The translations under genes were made by a program, and so were the position numbers. This document shows positions 13,445-26,336 of a DNA stretch of 64,000 nt, one piece after another. Positions within the stretch are counted from its first letter, which is position 1. Every line of letters starts with the position of its first letter. Under the pieces are notes generated by a model, which saw nothing but the letters and a program-made list of their open reading frames with translations, made no database searches and was not told the DNA's origin. The DNA comes from Octopus sinensis (taxonomy: Eukaryota). The DNA is taken from positions 16,070,464 to 16,134,463 of the forward strand of contig NC_043011.1 of the NCBI RefSeq assembly GCF_006345805.1. Direction: 5' to 3'.

Positions 13445-13897
13445 TTTTGTTATTTGCCGCTGGGATATATATGTGGGTGATATCACTAGGACAGTTTAAA
13501 ATATGTGGTGGTTTACATAATAAATGTGGAGTAAGAAATGAAAACACTTGAAATGAAGAAAAACATATACAGTATTAAAAGAAATTTATAACATGAATGA
13601 TGTTACAAAATAGAGGAGAAACAAGGTCAAACCAAGGAAATTCACAGATCTAGAATTACCCTGACTTCCAAAGGTACCAGCCTCGGCCAACTGCAGTTCT
13701 CCAATGAACTGGTGCGTGTTTGGAGTAAAGCCATTCAACCTCACACTTTTACCCACAGTCTCCTATCTTCTCACAAATTCACTGGGCCGTAGCACTTTCC
13801 TCTCCACTCCCATTTTTCTTTGCAAGCGTAACTTTAAAATGTCGATGAGGGCTTCACCAAAATAGGTGTTTTCCCTCAATAATTTCAGCCTTGCCAC
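13445..13897 (-). mobile_element. Probable L1/Tx1-type LINE 3' end terminating in (ATC)n
   Basis: Minus strand VARLKLLRENTYFGEALIDILKLRLQRKMGVERKVLRPSEFVRR*ETV resembles the C-terminus of Tx1-like ORF2, followed by a T-rich UTR abutting the microsatellite. Confidence 0.5.
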
Positions 13898-14599
13898 TAC
13901 GCATCTTTTTGGCCAAACGACTGGATATAGGAACACCGCATTGTAGAAGGTGACTGGTGTTGCTTCAATTTTTCAGCCGAGCCCCTTATAAGCGTGTGAG
14001 AGCAAATGCGTTTATGTGTTTCGATAGCTACTACATTCATTCCGACCATCACACTTCTGTTATTACTCTTCCTCTCTACCGCGCTTTGTACACATATACT
14101 TAAGATTTCTTTTAACTGAGAGACTTTATTGAAACAACTATAGGTAGGAAAATTGTAAATAATATATTTTCTGGCATACTTTCTGTATGTGTGTATATGT
14201 GTGTGTATATGCGTGTGCAACATAAAGTGATAAAGTAAGGGCTCTTATGTATAATTTATAGACATCAAAACTTCTGATCAAAGAATAAGGCTATGTAAAG
14301 TTTCATTAGGTCTTTCTGTATCTGATGGATATCGATTATTTTTGGTCTATGCTTTTATACGTGACAAATCGGTTAGAAAGTACAATGGATCTGATCGGCT
14401 TATCTAAAACCAAAGAGCTTGGATTTCACCAGCAAAGCTAGAACTGTCTTTGAAATTGCGGCATTCTTCTCAGAAAAATATTTTTTCTTTAGAATAAGTG
14501 CTGTTATCGTAAAATTCAAACACTAATAAAATAAAAGTACTGCACTGAAAATTTGCTGAACGTTTCTTTGATAAAAGCAAAATATTACAAACCCTAATA

Positions 14600-14975
14600 T
14601 TTGTGTATCCATTTGAAGATGTACAACGATTCGAAGAAAATGTAGCAAGATTAAATTTCCTGGAATATTTCGAAACTAAATGGCTTGGCCTTACGCACAT
14701 GTGATGGCATTGAAAACTAATGTTGACGAATGGATGCAAACTAGTTTGTCACGTACCAATAACACCATTGATAGCACCACGCATTAAACAACGTATTGTC
14801 ATTACTCATCCTACATTACGGAAAATCGTGACAGAAATTATATGCGAGCAAGATGCAAATGAGGTAGTTATTGAGCAAATGGCTAATGGTATTTATGGCC
14901 TACCATGTCTAAGACGTTTCCATGCAGTGAATAAGCGACTAACGGAAATTGCAATTGCATATCATGTAGCTAAAT
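14600..14975 (+). pseudogene. MULE (Mutator-like) transposase C-terminal relic
   Basis: FLEYFETKWLG (~14656), RTNNTID (~14752), then HPTLRKIVTEIICEQDANEVVIEQ. These match the FxxYFExTW / RTNNxxEGWH / HPxIWKFIxxLxxEQ pattern of animal MULE transposases; frameshifted. Confidence 0.6.
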
Positions 14976-16271
14976 GACCGAATAATTAATAATATTAACT
15001 AATCTATGAAACTTGTATAAGTAGTAATTTAAGAAATTTACTGATTTGTGGATTTTTTGTTTTTGTAGTGTTTTGCTTACAATTCTATCTTCTCAATGAT
15101 ATATTTAAGATATTTTTATCAGTTCAAATAAAAAAGTTACTCTTTGAAATATTGTGAGACAATGAGCAACATACAGTTCTTATCGGGTAAATAGCGCTAA
15201 AATAAAAGCGATATACATATATACATTCACACATACACACACAATCATATATATATTCATCCAGTTACCCACTAAACCGGGAATTGTTGTAAGAGACCGT
15301 CTCTGTAGGGTTCTATCAGAAGCAGTAGTCGTTCCAGCTGGTTTCGAAAGCGTGACCAAATGTATTTTTGGATATTATCCATGTATTACATGCTTAATTT
15401 ACTCCTACGTTTGCTGCAAGTTGGCTCGGATTGGAGAATGTCTTGCGTTCCTTTCCTTTGACACACTAACTAAATGTCTATTGAACCGGATATGTGAACT
15501 CTCAATACCGGAAGTGGATGTTCGACCTGGGGAAATATGCTGATCTCCGATGTACGCACCCTGTCAAGTAGCGCTACTACAGAGATTCTTCGAATGAACC
15601 CATTTCAGCCGTTTGTATCTTTTGATCGTTAAATAACATTTATCATAATAGGAGATAATAGACACGAAAACTGAATTGAAGACATGTTCGGCTTTCGTAG
15701 CAACCTTTTTACTTCTGATGGCCGAATGCTCTGACGTTGGAATATTACTCTACTAATACCTGCAATTAGAGCATCCAGTTAAGCCTCATCACATGTAATT
15801 ACGGCCAAGGGTCACTTAAATATTTTTCTTTGATGTTACACAAACAAAGCACGATAGAAATATTTTTTATCATTGAAAAATATCATTGAAAAATTCTGCT
15901 TCGTTACGTTTGTGACAACAGCAAATGACATTCTATATAAATTTATCCACCATGTCATTGCCGTTGATACATCTTGAAATGACTGGACAATACAAGAGAG
16001 ACGTATATATATACGCGTTGGAGCGACAAAGAAAAGATAATTTATAAATAATAGGAAAGCTTGGAGAGTGTTTGTGGACGGAGAGTGTTTGTGAATTTGA
16101 TGTTGCTCAAAGGAGCCAGCCGGGAAACGAATAAAAGACCGTGTGTATGACATATTGTGCCTACCTACTCCTAACAACATTGTGAATAAACCGGCTATAT
16201 AAAGAATAGTGTACCAAGAACTTACTTTTTCTTATTGTACTATATATATATATATTTAAAAAAAAATTTAT

Positions 16272-16470
16272 TCCTTGTTTCAGTCATTTGACTGCGGCCA
16301 TGCTGGAGCACCGCCTTTAGTCGAGCAAACCAACCCCAGGACTTATTCTTTGTAAGCCTAGTACTTACTCTATCGGTCTCTTTTGCCGAACCGCTAAGTT
16401 ATGGGGACGCAAGCACACCAGCATCGGTTGTCAAGCGATGTTGGGGGGACAAACACAGACACACAAACAT

Positions 16471-16501
<31 letters not shown>

Positions 16502-16643
16502 CATATATACGACGGGCTGCTTTCAGTTTCCATCTACCAAATCCACTCACAAGGCTTTGGTCGGCCCGAATCTATAGTAGAAGACACTTGCCCAAGTTGC
16601 CACGCAGTGGGACTGAACCCGAACCATGTGGCTGGTAAGCTAG
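16272..16643 (-). mobile_element. SINE family A copy (5'-truncated)
   Basis: Near-identical to 26620-27005. Confidence 0.88.
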
Positions 16644-17138
16644 CTATATATATATATATATGATGACGATTTCATGAAATCGGTCGCCGATTTTGCCATA
16701 AAATCATTGAATGTTTCGATCAGAAGGAAACGTATATTTAAGTAGATACAAAGTGCATGAGTATACCACAAGCACCTATTACCTTCTCGAAATTGTTCAG
16801 TTGCCGCTCTCACGATAATTCATTAGCTAAGAGTAGCTGGAGGCATCATTGAAGAAGTTCTTCGCCGGAAATACCAAGAACTGCTATGAGCGTAGGATCA
16901 AAGAGCTGGCAGAATGTTAGCTTCATATGAAGCAGAACAGTGGCCTCTACTTTGAATTCTTGGATGGCTGCTTTTGTTGTAATTTAATGAATAAATAAAA
17001 TAAGTTACCAGAGAATTGTAAAACCATTTGATTCAGTATAATATATGTGTATACACATATCATTCAATATATATTCACTCACACAGACACGCATATATAT
17101 AGATATATATGTATATATATTCATAATATATACAAAAG

Positions 17139-17191
<53 letters not shown>

Positions 17192-17202
17192 TATATATAT
17201 AT

Positions 17203-17304
17203 GCTCGCTTAGCCAGCGGGGTGGCGTCACTTGAAGGATAAAACAATGTGAAACACATTGTGACGAGCGATGTGTAACAACATATGATAGCCTGGTCGGT
17301 CACG

Positions 17305-17310
<6 letters not shown>
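17203..17310. mobile_element. Short retroposon fragment between two (TA)n tracts
   Basis: Discrete GC-richer 108-bp block with internal hairpin acaatgtg-aaa-cacattgt; family not assignable from this window. Confidence 0.35.
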
Positions 17311-17356
<46 letters not shown>

Positions 17357-17384
17357 AAAAGAGCGGGTGGGAAAATAAATACAA

Positions 17385-18404
17385 GTAGAGAAGAATTGGA
17401 AAATCCTCAATAATCTCAAGAAGGATGACAACATAATTAGAAAAGAAGCCGACAAAGTGAGTAATGTTGTTATCATGGACTCAGAAAAATACATAAATAA
17501 TACCCTAACCCTCCTTCAAGACAATACTTCCTATGAAAAGTCAACAACTACAGTCAATCCAAGATAATGACCAAACTGTCTACACTTATCCACAGTTCCA
17601 ACAAGGTTTAGCAAAAAGGGAGACAGATTACTTGACTAGATTTGACTGCAAAACCCGTAAATTCTATGGACTTCCCCAAATCTACAAAAGTGAGGCCATA
17701 AACGAAGCCTGTAACAAGTCAACTTTTATAGTCATAAATATTCCACACCCTAGAGATCTCAAAATGGGACCAATTGTGGCCGGTCCCTCGTGTGAGACAT
17801 AATACAGACTCACTAACTTTATTGATGTCCACCTTAATCGTATTCTCCAACATATGCCGAGCTTTATACGGGATAATCTGGACTTTTTAAACCATCTCCC
17901 GAACAAAATGAGCAAAGTACTCACTCCTGGTTTCGTTAGATGTAATAAACCTCTGCACTTCGATTCCTCACGAATACGGAATAATAGCCATACAATACTG
18001 GGTGGCAAAATTCCCAAATGGCGTTCCTGACAGAATCGGAAAAAATATTCATCGTTGAAGGAATTTAATTCATCCTACAGAATAACTTTTTCACCTTCAA
18101 CGAAAACACCTTTAGACAAATATTGGATACGGCCATGGGAACAAGATTAGCACCTACTTTTGCCAACCTTGTCATGACATACTTGGAAGTAATTTCTAAT
18201 GAAATCCCAATATCCTTTATGAACTTTTTAATATTTTTTATAAGCTGTTTTTAACATTTTCTTATTATTATTAAAGGTTGTATATACGTATTGTAATCTT
18301 TTGTGCCTAATATTTTAATGAACGTTTAAATTTTTTAAAGGTTTTCCCAAGATTTTTCCTTGTAAACTGTTTTTAACATGTTATTATTATTAAAGAATGT
18401 ATAT

Positions 18405-18448
<44 letters not shown>

Positions 18449-18615
18449 AATATTTTGTGACAACCAGTACCTAACACAACAAAGCTTTTACACGTTATTT
18501 TTGACAACCTTTTTCTAAAAAGTGAAACCGGTCAAGTAAATAAACCTCTTTTAAAATTGCATTTTCAAACCTTCTTTCATATATAATTCCACTCGTGCGG
18601 TACCTTACAACTTCA
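17385..18615 (+). mobile_element. Penelope-like element fragment: N-terminal part of RT plus 3' pLTR-like region
   Basis: KKDDNIIRKEADKVSNVVIMD, KFYGLPQIYK, PIVAGPSCET, FIRDNLDFLNHLP, TAMGTRLAPTFANLVM are characteristic PLE RT motifs. The 3' region has a decayed hammerhead at 18495-18539. Bounded by (TA)n on both sides. Confidence 0.88.
18495..18539 (+). ncRNA. Decayed minimal type I hammerhead ribozyme of the Penelope-like element
   Basis: ttattt-TTGACAA-c-ctttt(tcta)aaaag-t-GAAA-CCGG-TC-aagtaa. Stem I ttattt/aagtaa pairs and stem III is palindromic ACCGGT; two core substitutions. Confidence 0.5.
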
Positions 18616-18620
18616 CTTTG

Positions 18621-18778
<158 letters not shown>

Positions 18779-19456
18779 CACGCAGATACATACATACGTA
18801 TGAATACACCCGTTTAGACATCGTCTATAAATTTATATACATTCATATGTTCATGCGTCTGTGTGTTTCTGAAAGTGTGTTTTATAATTCCTTCCGACAT
18901 TTGTTGGCAAAAGACCAACAAAATAAACCAGGATTGAGAACATACACAACGAAATTAACAAAAGCTTAATTGCAGAATACCTGATGTGCCATAAAACGAA
19001 CTGCAGGAGATCAATACAAGCATGACTGAATGGTTAATTATTTCGATTTTCAATCCTGAAGTCCATGGTTTGCAACACTGTAGGATATATGCAGGTTATA
19101 TGCAGGTTCAAGTCATCTAAATGGTTATGACTGAAGTTGGTTTCACGGAAAATATAGACGTGGATTGGATGCTATCTGAAATGAAAATCTCTTTCCTTGT
19201 CATATTGCACCAAGCTGATTCTCTCTCAATATCATGAGAATTAAGAGTAGCGAACTGTTGGGTGTGGTATGCTCATGAACTTCGTGTCTTAATGCAATAT
19301 AGATTTCGTTTCCTGAATCGAAAACCTTGAACTTTCTCATGACTAAACCGGCGAACTATTGAATCATAAGTTTGTCCCTCAGTAATTGTGTATGTTTCTG
19401 TAAATACCTACATATGCAAACATGTATGCATATATATATATATATATGTGTGTGTG

Positions 19457-19738
19457 TGGAGGCACATGGCCTAGTTGTTAGAGCAGTGGACTCGCAGTCG
19501 AGCGATTGCGGGTTCGAAGCTCAGACCGGGTGGATATGGGTGTTTATGAGCCAAACACCTAAGCTCCATGCGCCTCCGGCAGAACTTCTGCTGTCTCTTT
19601 CGCCCCAACTTTCTCTCACTCTTTCCTCCTGCACTTTGCAGCCTACTTGCGTCCCGTCCAGGTGGGGAACCTATACGCCAAGGAAACCGGAAAACTGGTC
19701 CTATGAGACAGGCTCGAGAAGGAACAAACAACAACAAT
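19457..19738 (+). mobile_element. tRNA-derived SINE (family C; OR-type head, V-domain-like tail, (AAC)n end)
   Basis: A-box TGGCCTAGTTG, B-box-like GGTTCGAAGCT; tail 'gcgtcccgtccag...ggggaac' shared with 58990-59245. Confidence 0.8.
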
Positions 19739-19774
19739 GCATATATATATATATAGAGAGAGAGAGAGATAGAA

Positions 19775-19807
<33 letters not shown>

Positions 19808-19893
19808 AAGATATGTACATATATACATGCATACATACACACACACGCATGCGCGCGCACACATACGCACACGCTCACACACATATATGTATG

Positions 19894-19959
<66 letters not shown>

Positions 19960-20084
19960 AATCTCATCGTCATGAAGTATGACTGAGGGAGCTGAATAAC
20001 CTAATAGAAACAAGAGTTAAAGCTTCTTAATGCCGTAACACGAGCCCAATATATAGTGATTCTAGTGGTGGTTTTAAGTATTAT

Positions 20085-20772
20085 GGTGTTTTTACAGCAT
20101 TACAATATATGTGCTTACACATGCATTTGTATTAAGTTTTCGTATATGCATTAGCATTTCGCGCAATCAGTCATATAATTTTATAGTAAAAATACATCAA
20201 CAGACGGAATTAAGTAAACCATCGAACGTTTGAACAGTCACAACTGACGATGACCACAGAATAGGTGAAAAAAGGACTAGTCTGGTGATAATAGGGAAGG
20301 TCATGGGGAACATACCTCCCCTATCCATGTATATATATTGAACCCTTCTTAGAGCATAACGAGTTTTTAAACTCTTATTTCAAGCAATATAGGTGCTTCG
20401 GCTCCCTTAGTCACACTTAGTGACGATTAAATATTTCGTTTATAGCATTGCATTGCGCCTAATAGTTTAATTTAAGTTTTAGTATGTGCATTAGCATTTT
20501 CTCAAATCAGCCATAAATTTTTATGGTAAAATATATACATATAGACAGAGTGAATAAAGCAACCCATCGACCTTTCGGCAGTCACTGCTGACGATGCCTA
20601 GGAAATAGCGAAACTAGGCCTTATGTTAGTGACTCTAGAAAAGGTTATGGGGCAGTTATCTCTCCTGTCAGTGTATATGTATTGCGCCGTTCTTACAACA
20701 TTATGAATTCTTCACTCTTACGTCTAGCAATGTAGGTGATTCTTTTCGCTTAGTCACGCTTAAGGCCGGTTA
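20085..20772 (+). mobile_element. Head-to-tail dimer of a ~344-bp monomer, each with a type I hammerhead: retrozyme-like element
   Basis: Two diverged tandem copies. CTGACGA at 20244 and 20588 (period 344), each followed by a stem II region, GAAA, a CTAG-containing stem III region and a stem I partner (agtcactg/tagtgact in copy 2). Confidence 0.75.
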
Positions 20773-20788
20773 AGTAAATAAATAAATA

Positions 20789-20820
<32 letters not shown>

Positions 20821-21031
20821 TCATGTATACATATAAATACACACACACATATTTGCTTATGATTTTATTATGTTTTAACTTATTCAATGGAACGCCACGT
20901 ACCCTTTCTTTGTTAACAGTATTTATATTTTGGTACAACGTCTATTACTATGCTTCCTCTTCATTGCCTCTTTTGCCTCTCTCTCTCTCTCTCTCTCTCT
21001 TTATATATATGTATGTGCATATATATATATG

Positions 21032-21118
<87 letters not shown>

Positions 21119-21639
21119 GCATGTAGAGAGATAGATGCAGAACGGAATTTGTAAATGAACAAGTCGCGGCCTCAAAGCGACGGAAATATTTTGGTAAATT
21201 AAATTTAAATGTCGTAGTGAATCTAACGGTTTTGTGTGGTTTAAATCACCTCAGGCTTATAAACACCTTCCTCGTTGCAATTGCTTTTGTTTCAGCATAC
21301 GATCTCAGATCAAAACACTTGTTATGCAGGTACATCTCCGTAATATATATATATATGCATTATGATTACATACACACACTCACGCGTACACCCATGCACA
21401 CATATGTATGTTAGTATTTTCATATCTCGGTCCTATGAGCATACACATTTATTAATACCTCAAATCTTTGAAATTTACACTTTGACTTTTATACTTAATA
21501 TTAATGGCATCGATTTCTAGTACCACTAAAGCTAGGTGAATCCTATATCTCCTATCACTTTCACTAATATCCGGTTCCCTTTAGCTTTAGATATCCATTC
21601 TCTTTTACAACCACTTTATTACCATCACTACCCCACCTC

Positions 21640-22050
21640 ACATTTCTGTCAACTCTGGCCATCGTTGGTAGACTTTTGATCGTATCTATCACCTGCAATT
21701 CTTCATCCCTTTATCTATCTGTTTTTATTCACGCACCCACTAACCTCTGTCTTGCCTCCTGACTACAGTGTATTATTTATGTTCTAACCTCATTCATTCT
21801 TTATTGAGAACTGGAATTGATAACTTCCACTGTTCCTTGCCATGGATTATCATCGAACATTTTCATTTGAAAATGGAGATTACCAATAATTGTATGTTTC
21901 TTTTGATCCTGGCGATATCTAACGCATTTCTATTTTACTCTGATCCATCTTTGATTCTTGACAATCTAGAATAAACTAATATCCCCGACTGGGAAAATTC
22001 CTTCCCTCTTACACCTCTCTGACTTCTCCCCTTATGATGACGAACTATTC
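21640..22050 (+). mobile_element. Possible very old Penelope GIY-YIG endonuclease relic
   Basis: ITCNSSSL followed by degenerate LIY/LYIGETG-like segments; heavily mutated. Confidence 0.3.
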
Positions 22051-23164
22051 CGTCTATGGAATCCTTACTCAATATGATAAGTTACATATTTGGCTATTCT
22101 TGAATCTGCTGTAAGGGACTCTGTATATCTCCATTCTCTGACTGAATTAAACGTCCTTTTCAAGTGATGCCTAATGGTTTGCATTTCCATTTTTCTTTAA
22201 TATATGTATGTATTTATATGTTTTATGTATATATTTATGAATGTATGGATGTAATGTATATATGTTGGTAGGTATATATATGTATAAATTTCATGTTTCA
22301 TATGTATACAACCATACATATAAATATGCCTTCTATAAAGAAAAGCATTAGAAGACTTCTTGGAACCAGTGTTCTTTCGTTGCTCAGCAGCCGAAGCCTA
22401 AGCGCGAAGGAGCCAAAAAATTGTGAGAAGTCGATGAGGAAGCAAGCTGTTACATCTGGCTAAAGAGACAGGGGGAGTGGTGCAGTAGGAATGAAAATTG
22501 AGGATGGTGGAAACACCTGGAGTATTGTGTCGACATCTGACTCAACAAAGCTCCTACTGTTGTGTGGGAGGTTTCTCACGTGCATCAGTGACTGAACCGA
22601 GCAGCATAGTTATGGTGGAGAAAAGAGCCAAAACACCTATAAAGCTGCCTCACCGCCAGATAAGGCATCGATCCCCACTTTCAGAGACAGAATACAGCAG
22701 TATCCTCTGTACCAAAGTGTTTAATCTTAATTACTGAAGCAGGGTATCATCGAGCCTCTATTGCAGCTTGGAGGAAGTTTCATGTACCGAGTAACATGCT
22801 ATTCAGCTTCTTCTTTTTGTAGTAAATCTCAGCTGTGGTTGATCAATTGGAAATATGAATCCACTCGAAGTAAACACTTTAATGAAAAAAATATATAAAA
22901 AAACATTTGAATAAGATAATATATCGAAAGGACAATGTATCTGGTCTTTAAAAGAAAATTTGCTTGTGTTGCTCGTAAAATATTTAGCAATCTTTTCATC
23001 AGTTTCTATTTTTTTTACTTACATCGAGATATCGATTTGTTATCCAGTTCACTTATATTTGTAAAATTATCTGTGGCATTTTGGTAAACTTCTAATTTTT
23101 GCGATTAATTTAAAAACGAATAGGCACTTACATATCGTCTACAATTTTTGATTAGATAAAAAAT

Positions 23165-23256
23165 CCTTAGCACTGGTTCTAATGATGAAAGATGAAAACC
23201 ATTAGCACTGATGCTAATGGTTAAAGATGAAAACCATTAGCACTGGTGCTAATGAT
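23165..23256. repeat. 35-bp minisatellite (~2.6 copies) containing a hairpin
   Basis: ttagcactg at 23167, 23202 and 23237; the central unit has aaccattagca-ctga-tgctaatggtt. Confidence 0.9.
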
Positions 23257-23436
23257 CAACACTTATATAAGTTTTTAAACAACATTAGACAATAAATTTG
23301 ATATACAAGTTATTGTTTACTTAATCGTTTGAAGAATGAAGAATTCTTAATTCGATCGTTTGAGATAACGACTTAGCATGAGAATTACTGATAGTAATTA
23401 TTATGCTACGTTAGTACGAACAATAGTAGTTACATC

Positions 23437-23975
23437 TATTACTTTACTACCCACAACGGGCCAAACACAGAGGGGACAAACGAGAACAGACAAACGGAGT
23501 AAGTCGATTATATCGAGCCCAGTGCGTAACTGGTACTTATTTAATCGACCCCGAAAGGATGAAAGGCAAAGTTGACCTCGGTGGAATTTGAACTCAGAAC
23601 TTATTTGTAGACAAAATACCTCTTTCTTTACTACCCACAAGGGGCTAAACACAGAGGGAACAAACAAGGGCAGACAAACGGATTAAGTTGATTACATCGA
23701 CCGCAGTGCGTAACTGGTACTTAATTTATCGATCCCAAAAGGATGAACGGCAAAGTCGACCTCGGCAGCATTTGAACTCAGAACGTAACGGCAGACAAAA
23801 TATCTATTTTTTATTACCCACAAGGGGATAAACACAGAGGGGACAAACAAGGACAGACACTTAATGTATCGACCCCGAAAGGATGAAAGGCAAAGTCGAC
23901 CTCGGCGGAATTTGAACTCAGAACGTAATGGTAGACGAAATACAGCTACGCATTTCGCCTGGCGTGCTAACGTTT
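23437..23975 (-). mobile_element. SINE family B (Meta-domain-like), tandem array of three units
   Basis: 'gagttcaaattccgccgaggtcgactttgcctttcatcctttcggggtcgat' (minus strand) recurs three times at ~130-185-bp spacing. Confidence 0.9.
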
Positions 23976-26098
23976 CAGTACACCTGAAAGTCCTCTATAT
24001 TCAGTGAATTTTGAAAGCCGCTTATTATTGAAATAACTTCTCTAACAGAATATTCATCCGGAGGTAAAATATTTTAGTGCTTGCGATATGAATTGTAATT
24101 GACATAATTCACATATGAATAATGATCCCTCCATTAAACGAATAGCATCAGATTCAATGTCGTCTTAATCTTCTAAAAATGTGCTTTTAGCTTTTAGATA
24201 TTTTTTAAAGCAAAGTAACGATGGAGATATTGCGACAAATGGAAATATAATGGTTTCTGCTGGAACCTTGTTTTACCGCGAGTAAACCTATTATACATAA
24301 ATAATGCATATCCGTCACGAGGAATGAATAAAAAAACAAAATTTAAGATACTAAATTATTGAAACAGAGAGAAATATTTCAGGTACTTCATGAAAAATGA
24401 CTAAGCATTAAAACATTTAAAGCTAAGCGAATACCCCCTGCTTTGTCAAAGATCATGTGGAGCAAAACAAATAATCTGTTTTTCGATTATATAACGATTT
24501 GTTTTGAGAATAAAAAGAAAACAATACAAATACTTTTAGCGTGATTAATCATAGATAATGCTATTATAACTAAGATGTCCAAACCGTTCACTTACAATAA
24601 ACACACTTTCGTTAATACTATTTATTGTAGTATCTGAGTGAAAGAGTAATTTGATTTGACAAATTGACACTTCATTAAATATAAAGAAATATTTGTCTCG
24701 GGCGCAAAATGATAGTGTATGTTACTTGATATATTTCATAATACGCTTCGCCTTATTCTATTAGGAAATATAGATAGGAATTATCTGTCCTAAAGACATG
24801 GTTTAATAGCTGAAATCATTGCAAAATGGTTGTATTTAGATTTGGTTTTGAATAATGTAGTGATAAGAGAGAATATCCTTAATTTTCGTAAATAAGAAAT
24901 CAAATTTTGATCAGGTAATAATTTAGCATTATTTTTCTGTGGATAAAAAAACCTGCGTATTGTATTCCTAAAATATTTTGGTAAGCACGAAATATCAACT
25001 AAAAATACTGGAATATTTTTTACTTATCATAAATAAATTTCATTTATCAGAATTCAAAGTAGCAACATCGTGTTGCATTGCAGTGTCAACCATCTTGAAG
25101 AACTTCAATATTGATTTTAGTCTTTTTAGACGAAACGCGCATTCATATTATTCTTGTGTACCAGACACTTCAATTACCGTATTATTATATTAGACTGTTT
25201 CACAACTTACGTCACTTTATTTCTCTTTCAAATTCACTACATAATATATTGACGAGAGAGAATTACCCGAATTTTCAAGTTGAATATTTATTGCAGGTCG
25301 TAATTCGTTGCAAAACCTCATAAATCATAGCTCTAAAACACTCGGACTTTATTTTTAGGATGTGATAATAAAGAAAAGGAAATTTGATGAAAAATAGTTA
25401 ATTACGTAAAATTTTAACAAGTAATACTAAAAGTAATTGCTATAAACTTCTTTGGTTTTTCCAGATCTGATTTGGGTATCTTAGATGAGTTTAGAAAAAC
25501 TGAATAAAAAACAACGGCGATCAATGGAGATTTAGTTACACGATGAGTGAAATTGAATGTATAAACAACTGCCGCTGTCCAGGAAACGTCAGAACCAATA
25601 TAATTATCCACTAATATTTATCTATCCGCCCGCAAACTCTTTTCCGTTCAACGTTCCTAATTACATAAGTCAAACCTCATGCTATTTCTAAAAATAAACA
25701 CTCTGCTATTGTAATGCGCTGGTTATATTCTAATTTACCAAACCTACAGGGAAATTATATAGGCCAAAATATGAGAGGGAGGAGGATAATAAGGAGAGAG
25801 ATGAGAGAGAGATCATGTTCTATTGCAGAGAATTGTGTTGAATATTTGATAAATGGTAACATAAATTGAAGAAAACAGCAGCCAAATGCTTCTCAAATCA
25901 TAACCTTCAATAAACATTATAATTAACTATATAGTTACGGATATACGAATGAGAAGAACGCAACAAATGGATATTCTTTCCTCGTCTTCTGTCGATAATG
26001 CATAGCTTCTTAATGCTAATATTACTTGCTGCCACTAATGTTATTGTTAGTGTTACTGTCAATTATTTAGATTTGCCCCTCATAACAACAACAACTAC

Positions 26099-26138
<40 letters not shown>

Positions 26139-26336
26139 TAATAATAATAATAATATAATAATAATAATAATAATTATATCATTACGAGTATTTATTTTGA
26201 ATATTCACTCATATATGTATAATATACGGAAATTGTTTTGAATTTTGTGCTGACCTATTCAAGACGTAACGGATTACAAGTAGGCGAGACGGATTACAAC
26301 GAGGCGAGACGGATTTCTCATTGTAGATGCAGCGTG

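Noticed and set aside
16074-16095. tggacggaga resembling miR-184
   Set aside because: Only the first 10 nt match and there is no hairpin partner.
15834-16180. Solo LTR candidate (TG start, AATAAA, ...AACA end)
   Set aside because: No clear terminal inverted repeat or target duplication, and no second copy.
16660-16690. tgatga...gaaatcggtc hammerhead-like string
   Set aside because: No C3, no stem I and no stem II; better explained as the palindrome cgatttcatgaaatcg, though a truncated relic cannot be excluded.
19457-19530. tRNA genes at SINE heads
   Set aside because: A/B boxes are present but there is no complete cloverleaf, and each head continues into a repeat body.
23165-26315. CRISPR-like arrays (35-bp and 20-bp repeats)
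   Set aside because: Direct tandem units without unique spacers, eukaryotic context, no cas genes.
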